A stretch of 64,000 nucleotides of DNA from Candidatus Latescibacterota bacterium (lineage in GTDB: Bacteria > Latescibacterota > UBA2968), in NCBI GenBank assembly GCA_965198115.1, contig OZ240241.1, positions 7,328,001 through 7,392,000 of the forward strand, written 5' to 3'. How positions within the stretch are numbered: position 1 is the first letter of the stretch; each line of letters opens with the position of its first letter. The notes under the pieces are model-generated. The model did not search any database. It saw only the letters and a program-made list of their open reading frames with translations, and was not told where the DNA came from. Below are positions 59,464-64,000 of this stretch, piece by piece. A program made the position numbers and the translations under genes.

Positions 59464-59615
59464 GGATTGCTCCTCGGTTGCTTGCGCTGGCTTCCGCCAG
59501 GATGGGTGTTCAGTGTTCGGTCCCCTACGTCTATGCTTCGGGGGACAGGTGTTTAGGAAAACAAACTTCCCGGGTGATTAAGCATAGCGAAAGACCTCTT
59601 CACAATGATTGAGAT

Positions 59616-60680
59616 CTATTTATACCGCTCCTTGTCCGATGCCTCTATGAGATCGTCGCTCCAGGCTATTTCGAGTTTATCGGCCCATTCCTTGATGCCG
59701 TCGACGGTCATGTCCCACACTTCGATACCGTTGGCGAGACGATCCTGACGTGCCAGGTGCTCGGGATCGCCGGGGACGAGGACCTGATCGAAACCCAGCG
59801 CCGGCGAGTTGTCCTTGACCGAGTCGAGGAACGCACGTACGCCCTCCTGATAGGGGCCAAGCGCTGTGAAAGCTTCGATATCCATCACCTGGATCAGACA
59901 CCCTCCCATGGACTGGCTCGTGGAATCGAAGTTTCCGTCCAGCCCACCAAGAAGTGCAACGACGAGCGACATCGCGTAGCCCTTGTGTTTGCCGAAGGCG
60001 AGAAGATTTCCCCCGTCGTAGTAATCCTGCACTTTGACGGTCGGGTTTCCGTCCTTGTCGACGATGCAGCCTTCGCGAAGGTCCTTACCCTGGGTCTCGG
60101 CGAAGAACATCTTGCCGGCCGCGATGGCGCTCGTCGCAAAGTCGATAATGAAGGGTGCTTCATCTCCTGTCGGAACGCCAATTGCCATGGGGTTCGTGCC
60201 CATAGCTGGCTTCGAGCCTCCATATGGCAGAATGCGCCCCTTGCCGGGGCCCCCGCTGCCCGCCGTGATGATGCCGATGCATCCCGCGTGGGCCGCGATT
60301 TCTGCGTAGGCGCCGAGTCTACCGATGTGACCCATGTTCGTGACGCATACGCGGTGGGTTTCGAGTTTTTTCGCTTTCTCAATCGCGTACTCCGTCGCCT
60401 TCTTGGCCGTATACAGGCCCGAACCGCCATTTCCGTCACACACAGCAATGGTGGAGGACCGATCAGTAAACGATGGTTCGTCTGCGCTATACCCTCCGCC
60501 GTTTTGAATCCCTTGCAGGTAACCTGGAACTCTCAGAATGCCGTGAGAGTCGTGTCCACTCAGGTTCGACCCGATGAGCATTTCGGCGATGACGTCGGCG
60601 ACGTGGCGAGGCGTGTCGATCGCCTCGAACAGTCGTCGAGTCAGGGCGTGGAGGAAAGCAACCTGATAGCGTTGTGCCAC
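59616..60680 (-). CDS. Ldh_2 family oxidoreductase (tandem paralog)
   Basis: GHDSHG, GHIGRLG, GTNPMA, DFATS, HKGYAM. Confidence 0.92.
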   Translation of the reverse strand: MAQRYQVAFLHALTRRLFEAIDTPRHVADVIAEMLIGSNLSGHDSHGILRVPGYLQGIQNGGGYSADEPSFTDRSSTIAVCDGNGGSGLYTAKKATEYAIEKAKKLETHRVCVTNMGHIGRLGAYAEIAAHAGCIGIITAGSGGPGKGRILPYGGSKPAMGTNPMAIGVPTGDEAPFIIDFATSAIAAGKMFFAETQGKDLREGCIVDKDGNPTVKVQDYYDGGNLLAFGKHKGYAMSLVVALLGGLDGNFDSTSQSMGGCLIQVMDIEAFTALGPYQEGVRAFLDSVKDNSPALGFDQVLVPGDPEHLARQDRLANGIEVWDMTVDGIKEWADKLEIAWSDDLIEASDKERYK

Positions 60681-60697
60681 GTCGTTGGCCTCACTGT

Positions 60698-62366
60698 TCA
60701 GGATGGGATCACAGGCAAGGTGATGTGGGAGGCGTTCTCCCGTTCGTGATAGATCGTCTGATGCGCGATCTGTATTTCGTCGTCCAGTCCGGGCGTGTTT
60801 CCTGTGTTCAGGTTCCGATCGAACCGAGGAAAGTTACTGCTCGAGATTTCGAGCCGGATTCGATGACCCACTTTGAACAGGTTACTCGTCTCCCACAGTT
60901 GGATCTTGTATTCCACGACAGCATTCGGCTCGATCAGTGTTGGATTCTCAAAGGAATCCCTGAAACGAGCCCTGACGATGCCCTCCGTGATGTGAATCGC
61001 TTTGCCACCGGGGTGGACGTCTACGAGGGTTGCGGTGAAGTCCGTGTCTCGCGCGTCTGAGGCGGCGAAGAGCGTCAGTTCGATCGGGCCGGTTGCCTCC
61101 AGATCTGCCTCGAGGGGATCTGTCGAGTAGACAAGCACGTCGTCTCTGCGCTCCACGGGTCGACGGTCTCTAGGTCCGGTACAGTCGATGAACATGCTCT
61201 GCCCACCGTGTGTCGGCACGGGATCCTCCGGATCGTAGCCGAAGGTATCGCAGGGCTCTTGATCGGGGGGCTCCGTACTGAGGGCGCCGTCCCCGAGCAG
61301 AGAGTTCGCCTGGCCTCCGCTGTGTAAGTAGAACGTGGTGAACTGTGTGCGTGCGAGGGGCCATTCATTTTCGGAACGCCAGACGTTTGCACCCATGACG
61401 AAGATGCGGACGGGCGGCTCCTCGTCGATGCCGGTCTCGATGCCTCGCAGACGTTGATCGTACCAGCGCAGGTGCTCGTCGGGCATGTCGACCGTCGCAC
61501 CTGGTCCGAAATCGATGTCACCGTACCGTTCCGCGCTCCCGATCAGCGAGTGCGTCCACGGCCCTACCATCATTCGAGTACGCTTCCTGGTCTCCTCGCT
61601 TCTGGCCTTGGCCCTCCATCCCGTGAAGCATTTGAAGCCTTCGTGCACGAGATTGTCGTACCAACCGGTTATGAAGTAGGAGGGCGTTTCCACCTCGTCG
61701 TACTTGCTCTTCATGCTGTATGATGTCCAGAAGTCGTCGAACGCCTCGTGGCGGATGACGTCGTGGTAGAAAGGACGATCCGCGATGTCGTCGAGTGCGG
61801 TCAACAACGGAAGCCTGCGATGGACCGTGTTCCAGTCGATCAGGTCTCTGGGGGCGATCTGGTTCGTCCGGTCACCGAGATAGACCCAGTTCATCACGTT
61901 CTGAAGCTGCAGGATCCCGTTGTATCTCAGGTGACCGTAGTTGTCCTCCTGGTTCGCGATCGGGACCAGCGCCTTGACATAGGTGCTGCGATAGGGGGCC
62001 GGCAGAATCTGCGTGAATCCCGGGTAGGATACGCCGAAGGTGCCGATGGTGCCATCGCACCAGGATTGAGCGCCGATCCACTCCTGCGTGTCGAATCCAT
62101 CCTGGGCCTCGTCTACGTAAGGACGCCACTTGCCCTTCGGACTCGAATCGGCCCCGGCAGTCCTGCATAACGGTGGCATAGCCCGCCTTTGCGAATTGCA
62201 CCGACCAGTCGATGTATCGCGGGTGCTGCGTGCTGTAGGGTGACCGGATCAACAGGACGGGGAATCGGTCACCTCTGGCCGGGCGGTACATGGCGGCGTA
62301 GAGGTTCACGCCGTCCCGCATGGGGATCTTCAGATCGAGCTGTATGTGAACGTCGGGTTCCGCCAT
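60698..62366 (-). CDS. CocE/NonD hydrolase, frameshift at ~62134
   Basis: N-terminus MRDG...RSPY...QDCRGRFESEG in ORF 61872..62366; the rest (GVSYPG, GWYD, GPWTH) in ORF 60698..62179; extra G in GAAGGGCAAG. Confidence 0.9.
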
Positions 62367-62378
62367 TGCTCAGCCGCT

Positions 62379-63377
62379 TTACATCCCGTCCCAGACTTCG
62401 TCGAACAGGCGCATCCAGTTGTCGCCCAGGATCTTTCTGACGTCATCGTCGCCGTAGCCCCGATTGGTCAAGGTCGTCGCCAGGTTGGGAAATTTGTCGG
62501 GTGTCTCGAAGTCTTTCGGACATTCCGCGAAGCTTCTGTAGTTGGCGGTCGACTTGACGAAGGTCGAAGGCCACTTGGTGCCCTGCTGCGAGCCGATATA
62601 GCGCCAGAAAGATTCGGGCTGATCCTGCGTGAAGTCCGTTCCGACAGCGACTTGGTCGATGCCGACGCGATCGATCAGATCTTCTATCGCGTCCGCGTAA
62701 TCCCCGATCGTGGAATCGAATTTCCTCGGGAGGAAGTTGGGGAAAGAGGTCGAGCCGATGACCCCATCTCTCTCTTTCAACAGCTGCAGCACATCGTCCG
62801 GCTTGTTGCGAGGATGGTCGCAGAAGGCTCTGGCATTCGAGTGGGTGATGGCGACCGGCTTCTGCGAGTGCTCGATCGACTCGAGCGTCGATGTGTCGCC
62901 CACGTGCGACAGGTCGACGAGGATCCCCAGGCGGTTCATTTCGTGGATCGCATCGATCCCGAAATTGCTCAAGCCCTCATCCGTGCGCTCCCAGCATCCG
63001 TTTCCGAGAAGATTTCGCTCGTGGTAGGTGACCTGGATGATTTTGACGCCGAGGTCGTGGAAGATGCTGAGCTTCTTGAGGTCGTTCTCGATGGGAGAGG
63101 CGTTCTGGAAACCGAGGATGATGCCGACGCGACTTTCAGCCTTCGCCCGACGGATGTCGGCCGTGGATCGAATCTGGATCAGCTTGTCCGCATTCGTTTC
63201 GAATCTCTCTGGCCAGTTGGACAGATGGTCCAGCGTTTCGGTGAAGTTCTCCCACGCGACGACGGTGGCGTTGATAGCGGTTACGCCACCCGCGTGAAGG
63301 CTCTTGAAGACAGCCGGACTGTCCCAATTGCTCACGTTCAGACCGTCGATGACGATCGCGTCTTCGTAGATACCCAT
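62379..63377 (-). CDS. Membrane dipeptidase (M19)-like amidohydrolase
   Basis: VIDGL, GFQNA, QVTYH..N, EMNRLGILVDLSH, THSN..HPRNK, GTDF. Confidence 0.88.
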   Translation of the reverse strand: MGIYEDAIVIDGLNVSNWDSPAVFKSLHAGGVTAINATVVAWENFTETLDHLSNWPERFETNADKLIQIRSTADIRRAKAESRVGIILGFQNASPIENDLKKLSIFHDLGVKIIQVTYHERNLLGNGCWERTDEGLSNFGIDAIHEMNRLGILVDLSHVGDTSTLESIEHSQKPVAITHSNARAFCDHPRNKPDDVLQLLKERDGVIGSTSFPNFLPRKFDSTIGDYADAIEDLIDRVGIDQVAVGTDFTQDQPESFWRYIGSQQGTKWPSTFVKSTANYRSFAECPKDFETPDKFPNLATTLTNRGYGDDDVRKILGDNWMRLFDEVWDGM

Positions 63378-63381
63378 CGCT

Positions 63382-64000
63382 TTACCCTGATGCGTGTGCG
63401 GCGAATCGATCGAGTCGAAACCGCTCGATCGGATAGTTGGTCTCGCCCGTCGTAGCCAGGTCGGCCAGGATTCGACCGACGAGGGTGGAGAATTTGAACC
63501 CGTGGCCGGAGAATCCTGCCGCGATCAGCACGTTCGGATGATGCGGGTGAAAGCCGATGAGGAAGTCCCGGTCCGGCGTCATGGTGTACATACAGGTGGA
63601 TCCTGATACAAAAGTTGCGTCGACCTGGGGCAGGATCGTATGCATCCAGTCCGACAACGCTTCCTGCGTGGAAACATCGAGCGTTCTGTCCAGGCTATCG
63701 GGGGAAACATCCGGCCCGAGTCCGTCGTCGGCGACCTTGATGCCCGGGCCGTGAAGCGGAAAGCCATAATATTGCGTTTCAAAGTCCGAGTAAACGGGCA
63801 ACCGATCCGGAAGATAGAGATCGGGGTTCTTCGGTCTGAAATAGAACTTCTGCTGTCGCGTTACTCTGAGCGTGAGATCGAGATCTTCGAGCAGGTGGAC
63901 AGCCCACGGTCCGGCAGTGATGACCAGGCGCTCACAGCGGATGCGATCGTTCTCACACACGACCTCGGGACGATCGCCTTCGAGATCGATGCCGGTTACG
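63382..64000 (-). CDS. solA: Monomeric sarcosine oxidase / N-methyltryptophan oxidase-like; 5' end outside the window
   Basis: ITAGPW, YYGFP, CMYTMTPDRDFLI (covalent-FAD Cys), GFSGHGFKF. Confidence 0.85.
   Translation of the reverse strand, partial: VTGIDLEGDRPEVVCENDRIRCERLVITAGPWAVHLLEDLDLTLRVTRQQKFYFRPKNPDLYLPDRLPVYSDFETQYYGFPLHGPGIKVADDGLGPDVSPDSLDRTLDVSTQEALSDWMHTILPQVDATFVSGSTCMYTMTPDRDFLIGFHPHHPNVLIAAGFSGHGFKFSTLVGRILADLATTGETNYPIERFRLDRFAAHASG

Noticed and set aside
7699-59556. Classical integron cassette array (attC sites)
   Set aside because: The palindromes lack consistent RYYYAAC...GTTRRRY ends, no integron integrase is present, and many genes are directly coupled.
1-64000. tRNA, rRNA and riboswitch genes
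   Set aside because: No cloverleaf, rRNA-like or recognisable riboswitch sequence was seen by eye; an Infernal/Rfam scan would be needed to exclude small RNAs.

Overview
This GC-rich bacterial window has two parts. (1) Positions 1 to ~7.7 kb are a decayed mobile or phage-like segment. It holds a glycosyltransferase running off the left edge (absent from the ORF track), a 33-bp-phased iteron-like repeat array, a frameshifted UvsW/XPB-like SF2 helicase, a terminase-small-subunit-like HTH gene, and fragments of ISL3, IS256, IS91 and IS1380 elements. (2) Positions ~7.8-64 kb are a dense catabolic array of about 45 genes, mostly on the minus strand, with heavy paralog expansion: 7 enolase-superfamily (MR/MLE) enzymes, 4 tandem UxuA-like dehydratases, 4 CocE/NonD hydrolases, 4 PhyH-like dioxygenases, and pairs of acetamidases/formamidases, Ldh_2 oxidoreductases, Gfo/Idh/MocA oxidoreductases, Zn-ADHs and DUF6785-type membrane proteins. 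Single genes include a lactonase, HpcH aldolase, GH4, C-N hydrolase, PAL-like NHL protein and M19 peptidase-like protein, plus a ThDP operon lacking E2/E3. I recognised no transcription regulator and no classical transporter in part 2. Many gene junctions carry REP-like palindromes (several nested inside one another) and short degenerate 7-/9-mer tandem repeats; the 9-mers show consistent polarity. The gene content resembles Latescibacterota/Poribacteria-type genomes (inference only). About nine small indels split otherwise intact genes and look like assembly errors. I found no rRNA, tRNA or CRISPR array. All family calls come from motif recognition, not database searches.
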